From contig RSEE01000083.1 of assembly GCA_003971905.1 (NCBI GenBank), positions 62,001-126,000 of the forward strand: a stretch of 64,000 nt of DNA. The letters run 5' to 3'. Shown here piece by piece: positions 12,809 to 24,241 of this stretch. Numbering within the stretch: position 1 is the stretch's first letter; the number at the start of each line of letters is the position of its first letter. The position numbers and the translations under genes are program-made. Source of the stretch: Moniliella sp. 'wahieum'. Lineage: Eukaryota. A model generated the notes under the pieces. The model was not told the DNA's origin and did no database searches. It worked only from the letters and a program-made list of their open reading frames with translations.

Positions 12809-15800
12809 CTAGCTACGGCCTCGACGCGGGCCGGGGGGACGAGGGGGGTCAGCCGCCGCGGTGGCCAGGAGATCCGTCACGTCCTTGAGTTGCCGTTGGA
12901 CAGAATCGCGATCATGAGCAAGGTCAGAACGGTGGTGCTCGAGCCGAGTCTGTTCCGCTTCGAGCAGACGTTCCAACCGCTCAAACTGGGTCATCTTGAG
13001 TTCCATCTTGCGCATTTGAGCCTCCACGATCCGCGCCACTAAGCGCTGACATTCCCTCTCTTCCAACGACGCGAGCACATGCGCCTTGGCTGCCGCCGCA
13101 CCCAGTGCGATCGCCGCCGCGCGCTGCACCGCCGTGGGGGGAATAACGTGGTTGGTCTTACTCTGGTTCTGGCTTTGATTCTCGCTCTCGCTCTTGCCCT
13201 TGCCTTTCTTTCTCCGATCGTCGTCCGACTGCAAAGCGACCGGGCCGGCGTCGGGGGACGGCTCCGTTTCCGTCCCCGTCTCGGCCAGGGCACGTTTACG
13301 TTTACGCTGCTGGGTTTGGAGCGTATGCAGCGCTGCTGCCGGTACCTCTTCCTGCGCTGTCTCAGCGGCCTTGTGCGTCTCCTCGTCAGGTTCCTTTCCC
13401 GTCTGTTCCGTCTCCATCTTGGTCTCTGTTTCGGCAAGTTTGTCCGTCTCGGACGGGGCCGTGTGCGGTTGCGGTTGGGTCTCACTGGGCGGTTGGGTGT
13501 GCCTCTCAACGTCCATATCCATCGACGTGTCCTTCTGGGTCTCGAGCGAGTCGAGCTGCATTGGGTCCGGGTGGGTAGGCAGCGGATCAGAGTGCGCACC
13601 AACCTCATTTTGGTTTTCGTTTTCGTGTTGACTTTGGCCTTCTCCCTCTCCCAGTCCCTGTTCCAGACCCTGTCCCAGACTCTGTCCGAGTTGGTCCAGA
13701 CGCACGCCATCGGTCAACTGGCCCAAGGCAGCCTGAGCCGCGGCCGCCGCGACGGCCGGGGAGACAGCTGTGGCGAGGAAGCGTACCAAGCTCATGACCG
13801 GGTTAGCGGCTGATGCGAACGGGAGGCCATCAGCGCGGTCGGGGGCCAAGTGAGCGTCTTCAATGGGCAAAGAGAGGAATTTGAGCAAACACGCTTCGCG
13901 CGATTTCGATTCGACGTGGGCTGCGACGGCGCCCCAATCGTCTTGGTACATCTCCAAGCCTTCGAGCAAACGAAGAATTTCGTGCTGGGTCCAGCCAGCG
14001 GGGTCGGACGCGGTGCCTGCCGTAGGTGCCGTAGAAGCGGGAGGTGGGGCAATACGGATAAAGTTGCCGGAGAACAACGGCGGGCGGGAACTTACCTTGT
14101 TGGTAGCATCCTGGACACAGCGTGAAGGAGACATTGACTGCCTGGTATCGTTCGGCGGTACAGTCGGTGCCGCAGGTGGCACACCATTTGGGTTCCAGTT
14201 CCAGTTGGGGTTCGGTGTCGGTCGAGTTGGCGTGAGCGGCAGTGGCAGTGGCAGTGGAAGCATCAGGTTGGGCGGCTGGGACGAGGGCGGTGGAGCGGTA
14301 CAGTGCCTGTTGGAGCACACGGTGAGACTCGCTGGTGCGCGCGGTGGAAGTCGCGGGTTCAGGTAGGGTGAGATCAGATCCCTTCGTATCCTGCTTGCCT
14401 TGTCCGTTGGGCGGGGGGGCCGACGTGCGCGCACGGTACCTGGAGCATCGAGTCACGTCAAAATGGCCCGTTAACGGAGGCACCAACGCCGATGCCTTGG
14501 TATCCGGATCAATCTGGTAATTGATCAACCCCCATTGTTCGAGAAACGCATGGACGCGGCTCATGGCCGCCACGTCGCCTGCGAGGTTGCGCCGACAAGC
14601 GGTAAAGGTAAGGTACTCGCTCGGGTTGAGTCGGAAGGTGTGCACCATAAAGTCGCGGTAGGTCTTGTACACGCCCGGGTTTTTTGGTCCGGCTCGGAAC
14701 GGGGAGGAAGAATTCGGGCAGTGCGCGTTTTTCCAACGGGTGTACCTTGGCCAGGTCAAACCATTTCGAGTAGGAAGGCACGATCACCTCCTGGGTCTGG
14801 ACGGCGAGGTACTGTTGTGCGACCTGTTGTGCCTGTTGCAGAAACGCTTGCTGCACCGCCGCCTCCAACGCTGCCGTATCGTCGGTGTTCTGCGTCCTTG
14901 TCCTTCTGCCGATCCGTCGGCCCATCGGTCTTGGCTGGGTCCGCATCCGCATCTTTATCCCCGCCGGACTTGGAAGACGAGACGAAAGCTTCACCCATCA
15001 CCACGTCCGCCTCGCCCCGCTCCGCACTCACCTCCCCCTCAGGCTCGGGAACAGGGGGGATGTTGCCCAGCACGCACTCATGGGTAAGGATCCTGCTCGC
15101 TGCGCTTGCCAGGGATGGCCGAGGCAGAGAGATTGACCGCAGTGGCCGGGATGACGCCCACGGGGTTCCTCCGCTTCGGACGTGGGTTCACGCGCACGGC
15201 GCTTCAAGTTGATCGAGATGCGGGTCTTCTTTTTCTCGGGGGCAGCAGGGGCGGTAGGTGTGGCGGTAGCAGCTGGAGCGGGTTCCGGTTCGGGTTCCGG
15301 TTCGGGCGCGGGTTCCGGCTCGGCTTCGGGCGCAGGAGCAGGCGTAGGCGCCGGCTCGGACGATGTGGTTTCAGGCTCGGATTTGGGGTGAGCATGAGAT
15401 TGGGCCCTGGCCTTGGCCTTGGACCTGGTCTTGGACTTGGACTTGGTGGGGACGCGACAGGAGCCTTCGCCTGAGTCGGCTCAGTTGGAGATTCGGCCGG
15501 AGCCGGATGCGCATCCAAAGAGGGTTCCTCATCATTGTCCTCCTTTTCGTAATCCTCCTCGTTCATCCACTCGTTATAGGCGACGCCATCGTCGAGCCAA
15601 CGAGCACTGATGAGCCACGGGTGGGTGTCCACGTCGCGTGCTTGTTCCGGTTCGTCGGGCGGGGCAAAAGGGCGGGTGGGCGAGGCGGGCAACCAGGTAT
15701 CGTACGAGTTGGGCCGATACCATACGTGAATCAAGGTTTTCTTGCCCCGTTTGGCTACGGAGCGGAAATATTCTTCTTGGGGCCCGCTGGCTTCGCTCGG

Positions 15801-16565
15801 GTCCGGGTGGAAGAGGAGGTGGGTGGCTTCGCTTTCCGAGGCAACCCAGGTGGCTGCAGACGAGCAGAACAGAGGCACGCCGCGTTGGTCAGTCCATTTG
15901 CTCCGGGTCCGTCCGGGGTCAAGCCAGAGGAGGAGGATGGAGAGGCGAGACCCCCCCCTAGTTCCCAAAAAGAGAGAGAGAGAGAAACGTACCTTCGAGC
16001 TGGTCGGCCAGGGCCTTGTAATGGTCGATCTGAGCGCCGGTCCAGTCGCCCGAGGCGGCGATGCGCGGGGTGCGGAGGATGCCGTGCTGGACGAGCGCCT
16101 GGCGCACGGCCTGGACCAGGCCGCAGTAAAAGGGGACGGCGGCGTCGTCGGCCATGTCGGCCCAGCCGTGTCTGCGGTGGCTCTGGAGGTAGAGGAGGGC
16201 GTGCTGGAGCACGTGGCGGAGGGGCGCGTCGGGGCCGATGGGCGTGGCGGGGCGGGCGGCGGCGACGGTGGTGAGGAAGAAGTCGGCGGGGATGCGGACG
16301 GGGTGGCGGGCGCGGCGCTTGCCGCGGGGTTGGCGGGGCGCTTGGCGTGGTGGCCGAGGCGCTGGTGCTGGAAGAGCTGGAGGTGGTAGGCGAGGTCGGC
16401 GAGGTCGCTGGCGGCGAGCTGGGGGTGGCGGTGGGGATGGGAGGGGAGGGCGGAGGCGGCGAGGGCGGTGCGGAGCGGCGGGAGGAGGACGGCGAGGCGG
16501 GTCCTGTAGGCGTGGTCGTGGAGGAAGCCCTCGTCGGGCGCGCCGCTGACGTTGAGCTCCGACAT
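12809..16565 (-). CDS. SWI3: SWI/SNF-RSC core subunit Swi3/Rsc8 (SMARCC family): N-terminal SMARCC module, SWIRM, ZZ-like zinc finger, SANT, C-terminal coiled coil
   Basis: [16 protein letters not shown]...[30 protein letters not shown]...[13 protein letters not shown]. Zinc finger: CATCGTDC...[36 protein letters not shown]. Also [13 protein letters not shown] and [15 protein letters not shown]. Intron ~15992-15854. SWI3 and RSC8 cannot be told apart here. Confidence 0.92.
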
Positions 16566-16633
16566 GCCCGCAGCAGCGATGGAGGCGCCGGGAAGAGCGC
16601 AAGCGAGCGCGACGCGATGGGGGGGTAGCTGCG

Positions 16634-16685
16634 GCTGACGTCAGCAGGCGCCCAACCCTAGCCGAACCCTACGGTGCGTCACGTG
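16634..16685. promoter_or_regulatory. SWI3 promoter motif cluster: CRE-like palindrome GCTGACGTCAGC, two AACCCTA motifs and an E-box GTCACGTG
   Basis: gctgacgtcagc 16634-16645; aaccctag 16654-16661; aaccctac 16665-16672; cacgtg 16680-16685. All lie 70-120 bp upstream of the ATG at 16565. Confidence 0.5.
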
Positions 16686-16704
16686 TCCTCTCGGGGGTAT
16701 TGTC

Positions 16705-16768
16705 TATCAGACTCGGTCATATATCAGACTCAGTCATATATCAGACTCAGTCAGATATCAGACTCAAG
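16705..16768. repeat. 17-bp tandem repeat (atcagactcagtcatat), about 3.5 copies
   Basis: atcagactcggtcatat atcagactcagtcatat atcagactcagtcagat atcagactc. Confidence 0.85.
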
Positions 16769-16834
16769 TGCAGATCTATCCAGAGTGTGGATGGTGTACG
16801 GAGGTGTAGAGGCGTATCTGTTGAGTGTGGTCGG

Positions 16835-19800
16835 CTACCCCCCCCACCCATCCGGCGCACCGCACCGAGCCAGCGCACAATGGCCGCCGTGGCGAGCTGC
16901 TGGGGCTCCTCGCCCTCCGCCCGGCCAAAGGCAAACACCTCGCGGTGCGCGCGCCCGCAGTCGGCGCACGCCGAGCGCACCCGCTGCGCATACTCGTCCA
17001 GCTCCGTGTGCACCAGGTACTCCCACAGGTGCGACAGACGCACCCCGCGCGCGCCGCGCTCCAGCCCGCCGAGCCCTGGCAGCGCGCTCCCCGCCACCGC
17101 CGCCACCGTCGTCCCCGCCGACGGGAACAAGCCCAGCAGAAACGGTTCGTGCGACGCGCATTGGTCCCGCCACTGCGTGATGCGTTTGTACACGTTCCCT
17201 GCCCTGCCCACCTTGAGCAGCGTCTCTGTCCCACTGCCCCCCTCGAGCCGGAACAAGTAGAGGAATCCCTCGGACGCTGCGTCGGCCGCGCGCACCGGAC
17301 GCGACAGGATCGCTCGCAACTTGGCCGCTGTGGCGGGACTGACATGTGCCGGGGCTGGTCGGGCCGGCGTACGTGCTCTCCCCACCTCGGCCTCTGTACC
17401 GGTCCCTGCACCGGTCCCAGTCCCTGTGCCTGTTCCTGTGCCTGTGCCTGTGCCCGACGGGGCGGGAGGAGAGGTAGTAAAGTAGTCGCCAAACGAAAAC
17501 AGTGTTCCGTCCGGCAGAGCAAAGCCCGAGGAACGGTTGATCTCGGTAATGTGTTGAAAGCAAAACTCGGGCCGAGCTGGGCTGGCCAAACCAATACTTT
17601 CGTCCGCGTTCGCACCATGTCTTGGCACTCTTTTGTTTTTGTTTTTGTTTTTCTTTCCCCCTGCCCATTCGCTTGCTCTCCCACCTCCTCTTCTTCTTCT
17701 TTCCTCTTCTTCCTCTTCCTCCGTCTCCTCGTCGGACGAGTCACTTACTACGCACACATCCGACCCGGACGAAAGTAGGACAGGACAGTATCCTTGTGCC
17801 GTAAGGGCCGCAACGGCCGCACCACCGTAACCGTGCGCGAGCAGCGCGTGCCATCCTTCTTCACTCCGGCACAGCGGCACTTGACAGTCCGGGATCCGTC
17901 GGGAACTTTGCGGAGCGGACTGCGTCCTGGCCCAGCCGCCCGACGAGGCGGAGAAGGCGGCGACGGTGACGGGCGGAGCAGCGACAGAGGCATAGGTGCA
18001 GGTGCGGGTGCGGGTGGGGGTGCAGGTGCACGTGCAGGTGTGGTGGTGGTAAGACCCGTGGCAGGCAGCCCAGGAGGAGGGAGGGTGGGGGGCAGGCTGG
18101 ACGGCAAGAGGGGGGGCAGGCACGACAGTGCGCTGCGCTGGCAAACCAGAGGGAGGGCCTGCTCGATGCGGGTGCTGGCGAGCACGGGACGCTGAAGCGG
18201 GCGTCGGTCGAGCCGGCGCGGGCAGGGCAATGACACTGGGTGCTCGTCGGACGGAGGACAAGGGCGCCCGACGGGAGCCAAGGTACATCACGCTCGGTGC
18301 ACGCGACAGCGCATCCGTGCCGACTGAGGCGACGGCCGAGTCACCGTCCGAAGGCGGCTCACTCAACGGCGACGAGCTACCCAAGCTCGCCAAGCCCAAG
18401 GTGAAAAGAGAAGGAGGCTCCCGCTCGGGTCCCGAAGCATGGGGCGCAAGACCAGGACCACGCGGCGTAGGCTCCGTGGTGCCCACGTCGCGTTCCACGG
18501 GGGCTGGAGGCTCGTTGGGCCTTGGTACCCTACGCGCCTGATGGTCCATCTGCTGCGCTGCCATACCTTGGTCTGCCACAGCAGCACGACGTTCTCGCTC
18601 GATTCTCTGGGCGTCAAGTTGGCGTTTCGTGGCGAGGCGCTCTTGCTGGGCACGTTCCAGTTCTTGGCGTTGCGCCCGGCTCGCTCGCTCGGCTCGCTGC
18701 CGTGCTTCTGCGTCGCCCGGGGTTGGCTGCTGGTGAGCCATGCGATCACCTTGTTCTTGGGCCAAACGTGCCGCTTCCTCTTTCGCCAACGTCTGGACGC
18801 GCTGCTTGGCAATTCGCTGCGCCTGAGCCTGTTCTTGTTCCTTGGCCAGCCGTTCCTCCCGTTCCTTGACTAAACGTTCCTCCCTTTCCTTCGCCAACCG
18901 ATCAGCCTCTTGTTTGGCTAACCGATCAGCCTCCTGTTTGGCCAGCCGGTCCGCCTCCTGCTTGGCCATCGGTCCGCACGTTCTTTTGCCAACCGTGCCT
19001 CCCTTTCTTTGGCCAGCCGATCAGCCTCCTCTTTGGCCAGTCGTTCCGCCCGTTCCTTAGCTAGCCGATCCGCACGTTCTTTGGCCAACCGGTCCGCCCG
19101 TTCCTTAGCTAGCCGATCCGCACGTTCTTTGGCCAACCGGTCCGCCTGCTCCTTGGCCAGCCGGTCAGCCTCCTGTTTGGCCAACTGATCGGCCCGTTCT
19201 TTTGTCAACTGGTCCGCGCGTTCCTTAGCCAACCATTCCTCCCTTTCTTTGGCCAACCGGTCCGCCCGTTCCTTACCTAGCCGATCCGCCTGCTCCTTGG
19301 CCAACCGATCCGCCCGTTCTTTGGCCAGCCGATCCGCCCGTTCTTTGGCCAACCTTTCCTCTCTTTCTTTGGCCAGCCGATCAGCCTCCTGCTTGGCAAA
19401 CCGGTCCGCCGCTCCTTGGCCAGTCGATCAGCCTCCTGCTTGGCCAACCGTTCCGCCCGTTCCTTAGCCACCCGATCCGGGCGTTCTTGAGCCATGTGGT
19501 CCGGCGCCCTGCGGTCCCCCTGGGCCGCCGAGCCGAACTGCTGCCCCAGCGGGGCAGGCGCGGCGGGCAAGTCACGGGGCCCGTGGGGATGGCTTGGGTG
19601 CGTTGGTCGCGGGAGGCATGGGAATCAGGTTGAGTGCTGTGGGTGGGAGTGGGACCCAGTACGCCCGGAGCAGGTAACCACCGTTCCCATTCGGCCGGCG
19701 TTCGCACCAACGCTTGCGCTACCGATCGCCTCGTACCGTGCCCGCCGCTGCTGTTCTACCATGGGGATTGGGCTTGGCTTGGCTTGGGCTTGGACTTGGG

Positions 19801-21282
19801 TTGGGCTTGGGCTTGGGCGGGCTTGGGTGGGCTTGGGCTTGGGCTTGGGTTGGGCTTGGGCTTGGGCTTGGCTTGGGCTTGGGCTTGGGCTTGGCTTTGG
19901 GCGTGCAACGGTGCGTGACCGTCATACCCACGTTGCTGTCCCTGCGCGTGGGCCTGCACCTGCGCCGGTCTAGGTGGGTGCGGAACGGGCTCGGGTGGGT
20001 CGGCGGTCGGCGGGTACGCGTAGCGTGGTTGCGGCGGTGTCGGTGCCGGTGGTGGGGCGGTTGTGAGGGGCGGGCGGGAGGGGGGGAAATGTGGTGGGGA
20101 AGGAGGATGAGGGTGGTGCCAAGGTGCAGAGGAAGGGAGCGGCTGGGTCAGGAGGGAGAAGGGGTGCGATGATGAGTGCGGTGGAGTAAGGTTCGGATGC
20201 GGGAGGGACCACGGACGTGCGGTGCGGTTTGCGGTTGCGGTTGCGTTGCGGTTGCGGGGCTTGCGGTGGCGGGTGGGGTAGAGATTGGGTATGCGCATGG
20301 GTATAGGTACGGGTGTGGGTGTGGGTGTGCAAGTGGGGGGGGCTAAGTTCGTGGGCGGATTCGTATGCGCCCGAAGGAGGGAGGAAGGGGAGGAAGGGAG
20401 GAGGGATGTGCTGGTACAGATGCTGATGCAGCAGGAGGGCGAGGGCGAATGGATTGCGGGGTAAGCAACGCGGACCATTTCGTCCCGCTTGTCGCACGTC
20501 GATGAGGGGGTGGAAAGGGGGTAATGGGAAGGATTGGTCCTTCGTCCCATTTGCCTCGTCTACCTTCTTCCTGAGCTTGACCCTCTCCCCCTCTCCTCCG
20601 CCTGCTTCGCCCACTGCTCTCTCGTTCTGCCCCTGCGGCTGCTTCGTCTCTGCTCTCTCATGGGGCGAAGCAAGTACCCCGCCCGCGTGAGGAGCAGTGA
20701 CGGAGGTGGCAGGGTATCCACGGTGGCGGGCAGCGCCTTGTCCGCCTTGTCCACCTTGTCCCCGCATCCACAGGCACCTTGCGCGTGCGGGGGGGCAAGG
20801 GCGCTGCGGGAGGCTGGGCCGAAACGCGCATGGGGGGGTAGGGATGAGAAAAACTGAAAGGCCGAGTAAATGGATTGGTTTGGATGGGCCAAGTGGGCGT
20901 GGCGAACGCCATGCAAGCGAGGGATCACTGGGCCTCGACGGTCGCTGGCCCGCGTGCCGCGCCCGGGGTAGGGAACAAACTCCCTCCGGGTGCAGGGGCA
21001 GGGGCAGGGGCAGGGGCAGACGTGGGCGAGCGCCGTGCCGGGCGGCGCTGGCGCGGGACGAGGGACGCGGGCCCCAGCACGAGGTCGGTCTGCAGAGCCG
21101 GTGGAGCGGCCCGGTGCGCGTGCTGAGCGCAGTGCGGTGGGTGGTGGCCGTGCGGTGGGTGGCGGTGCTGCGCGGGCGGCGGGGCGGGGAGGAGGCGGGT
21201 GGGCGGTGGGCGCCAAGCGGGAGCGCAGCAAGGCGGGCGGCGAGGCGCTCGTCGCAGCAGCGGGGGCCTCGGCGCCAGGCAT
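16835..21282 (-). CDS. Large protein with a low-complexity N-terminus, a charged 8-aa repeat region and a C-terminal T5orf172/MUG113 (DUF1766, GIY-YIG-like) domain; 5' extent uncertain
   Basis: C-terminal GFLYLF...LLKVGRAGNVYKRITQWRDQC...SHLWEYLVHTEL...CADCGRAHREVF is typical of fungal T5orf172/MUG113 proteins. Upstream are CAGVKKDGTRCSR and FCFQH. Joining 19760-21282 to this gene is inferred from continuous coding-like sequence and a promoter-like motif at 21373. Confidence 0.7.
18845..19480 (-). repeat. 24-bp coding minisatellite encoding (A-K-E/Q-R/E/Q-A-D-R-L)n, about 26 copies
   Basis: Units such as ttggccaaccgatccgcccgttcc on the + strand; ORF translations show AKERADRL/AKQEADRL repeated. 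Confidence 0.92.
19768..19895. repeat. (GGGCTT)n hexamer microsatellite, about 20 imperfect copies
   Basis: ttgggcttggcttggcttgggcttggacttgggttgggcttggg...; it reads (AQ)n on the minus strand. Confidence 0.85.
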
Positions 21283-21458
21283 GCCGGCCAGGCGGAGGGA
21301 GTTAGTAGTTGCTGTGGACAGATGTATTTGTTGCTGTGGACGAGATGTCGGCACTCGCTGCGAGAGGCCCGCAAAACCCTAGCCACCCATCCACACCCTG
21401 GCCCGCGCCACACAGCCTACTACACACCAATACCAACGCTACTTGATGCTTATGCTTA

Positions 21459-23970
21459 CTAGTACCACCAGATTAGCCCCCGACCCATCCGCCACCACCC
21501 GCTCCCGCTCCACCACCACCACCTTTCCGCGCCTTCCTCCTCCTCCGCCACCGGCAGGCCCATCGCCCGCACGTCGCCCTCCGCTGCCCCTGCCTGCTCT
21601 GCCGACGCCGCCGGATGCAGCGACCGCTGCGCTTGCTCAATCACCGCCGCTGCCAAGTCTGCCTGCAGCACCACCGCCTCGATGCCAGCCAGCGCACCGG
21701 TACCGCCGCCGACACGTAGCAGCCGACGCAGTAGCAGCCGACGCAGTAGCAGCGCCTCCGTTGGGCTCCCCCCTTGGCTCGCTCTGCTTGTCGGCGGGCG
21801 CTTTACCTTGGGCTGGCGCTTGGGCTTGCACTGAGTCTTGGTGTGGGTCTGGCTCTGGCTCTGGATCTGGGGCTGGGTCTTCTTGGTGTTGATCTTTGTC
21901 TTGATCTTGACCTTGGTCTTGGTCTTGATCTTGATCTTGATCTTGGCCTTGATCTTTGTCTTGACCTTGGCCTTTATCATGGTCACCTTCCTCATCAAGG
22001 TCTTGTCCTTCCGTCGCGGGTGGGGCGGCAGCATCCGGCAGAGCCGTCCCGGGCACGAGAACGGGATCGGGAACGGAAACGGAAACGGGAACGGGAACGG
22101 GAACAGAGCCATCGACCTGAGTGTTGGCAGCTGCCTCCGCATCCGCATCCGCATCCGCATTCGCATCCTGTTGATCCCACAACTGCTGCTCCACCCTGCC
22201 TGCACACCAACGCCACAACTCATTCGCAGTCATCTCGGCCGAATCCGTCACGACCAATTTCTTCGGCCGCGCACACAACTCAAATGCGCCTACCACATGT
22301 CAGGCAATGTCAGCGCTCAGCACATACACACACATACACCACCCCGCCCATGCCCGTCTTCCCCTCTCTCTTTTCTTTTCATTTCCCCCTGGGTCTTTGT
22401 GTGCTCTGCGACGTTGGGGCTGGGCTTGATACTTGGGGAGAAGGCACGTACCGTCCGTTGGGCAGCGCAAGCTTTCGATCAAATTGCATCCTTGGCCCTT
22501 GATCACGGCCATTTGGTCTTGGAATCGTTGTTCGTCAAAGCCCGGGTCGGTAGAAGAGGGAGCGCAAGCTAGCTGCGAGTTCGTGCCACCACACAGGGTC
22601 CACCAAGCGGGGCAACAAGCGGTGGCGTAGTTGAGGCGAGAAAGGATGTGCGACCATATCGGCCGGCAACCAAAGCCATCCAAATGGGTACTCGCGCATT
22701 CCCTTTGGGTGCGAATGGGGAAGGACAAGGACGAGTCAATGGCGCCAATTTTCATTTCCCATTCGCCTGAACTTTCCGAACGCACACAGCGCACCATCGC
22801 ATTGTCCAAGCCACGATCTGTGTTGCGCATCAAATAGTCCAGCACCACCAACTGTTCCATCTGCAACCGGAAACTCTGCATCAGCGCTGGCGTCCATACA
22901 AACGTGTCCGACGCGGGGACCGAGGGGAGAGGGTGGGTAGGGACATGCTTAGAAGCAGGAGGTAGAGGCACAGTCGTGGGTGGCGGGGGCAACAAGTCGG
23001 CCTGGTCACTTGAATCACGTTTGTGTTCTCGTTCTCGTTCTTGTTCTTGTTCTTGTTCATGTTCATGTTCACGTTCCTGTTCTTGTTCCGGGTGGGCTTG
23101 ACCTTCGCGTCGAGCGCGATCGTGGGCGCGCTGTTCACGGTCCAAATCGCGTTGGAGCTCAGCGGCCTTGCCGGGCCAAGGATGTTGGCGGAGGAACTGA
23201 CTCAAGGTCTGGTATCCATGGAGAAAGCGCTGGTAACTGCCCCATTTGCTGGGCAACGGTTTTCCCTCCGCTTGGGCCTGACGGTCGTGGGAGTAACAAA
23301 ATGCCGGGCTGGCCAAGCTGACGAGTTGGGTGGGGGGCACGATGCCGAGGCCCAAGTGGTCGTCGAGGCGAGAAGCGCCGACTTCGCTCAAGTAACTAAA
23401 CGAGGCACGAGGCAAGCGCGGCCCATGGCCCACCACAGGTACTTGCCTAGCACTTGTCGTTTCGGGTTCATCTCGCCGTACGGCTCTTCGTCTTGCGGCT
23501 TAAAGACGCCGACGGGCAAGGTGGTCCAGACCATCTCGTCGTCCTCCTGGGCCGCGTCGGGCGGGAGAGGGACGCGTGCGCGGCCAAGTAGGAGCCACTG
23601 GAGCCCTGGGCGATGAGTTGGGGATGCACGCCGTTGGCCATCGCCTGTCGCACCGCCTCGATCTCGTCCAGGAAGCCCACGTCGTCGGCGGCGTGCGGGT
23701 AGTGGTGCGGTGGGGCGATGTACACGGCGCCGGCCGTGCCGGGCACGACTTGGGGCGTGTCGGGGGCGGGGGGAGACGCAGGGCCGCCATCAGGGACGGC
23801 ATCAGGGGGGTGGCAGCGACGGTGGCTGGGGCAGTGGCCGAGGCAAGGAAGACGCCCGCCGGGCCCAAACACGCTGAGCACCGCCGAGGGGGGCGGGGGA
23901 CCACCATGGGCGTCGGCGCAGGCGCGGGGGCGGCGAGCAGAGGGCGGAGAGCGGCGGTGCTGAGCGCCAT
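21459..23970 (-). CDS. LSB6: Type II phosphatidylinositol 4-kinase; frameshifted
   Basis: IEAVRQAMANGVHPQLIAQGSSGSY, VFKPQDEEPYG, SYLSEVGASRLDDHLGLGIVPPTQLVSLASPAF, LVVLDYLMRNTDRGLDN, AIDSSLSFP, QMAVIKGQGCNL. Confidence 0.9.
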
Positions 23971-24241
23971 TCTGTTGCGAGGGGTTGTCCTGGGGCAGGA
24001 AGAGCGCCTGCGCTCCCACGCCGGGCGGCGCACGTGACCAGAGACTGAGCACAACCGACTCAGCGCGCCAAGTGCGGGGCAAATGCCAAATCGCATGTTC
24101 CGCTCAGGGCATTCCGCTGTGACGCGCGCTGCTCCGCGGAGCAAGCCGCTGCCTGCGCCCATTCCGCCCGCCCGCTCTTCCGCCCACCCTGCCCGCATTC
24201 GCTCGTGTGTTCGCTCGCTTGCTCTCCTCTCCTCCCCCCCC

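Noticed and set aside
16705..16768. 17-bp repeats as iterons or CRISPR repeats
   Set aside because: Only about 3.5 head-to-tail copies, with no spacers and no replication gene.
18845..19480. 24-bp repeat array as a CRISPR array
   Set aside because: Units are contiguous with no unique spacers, vary at synonymous positions, lie in a eukaryotic ORF, and have no cas genes nearby.
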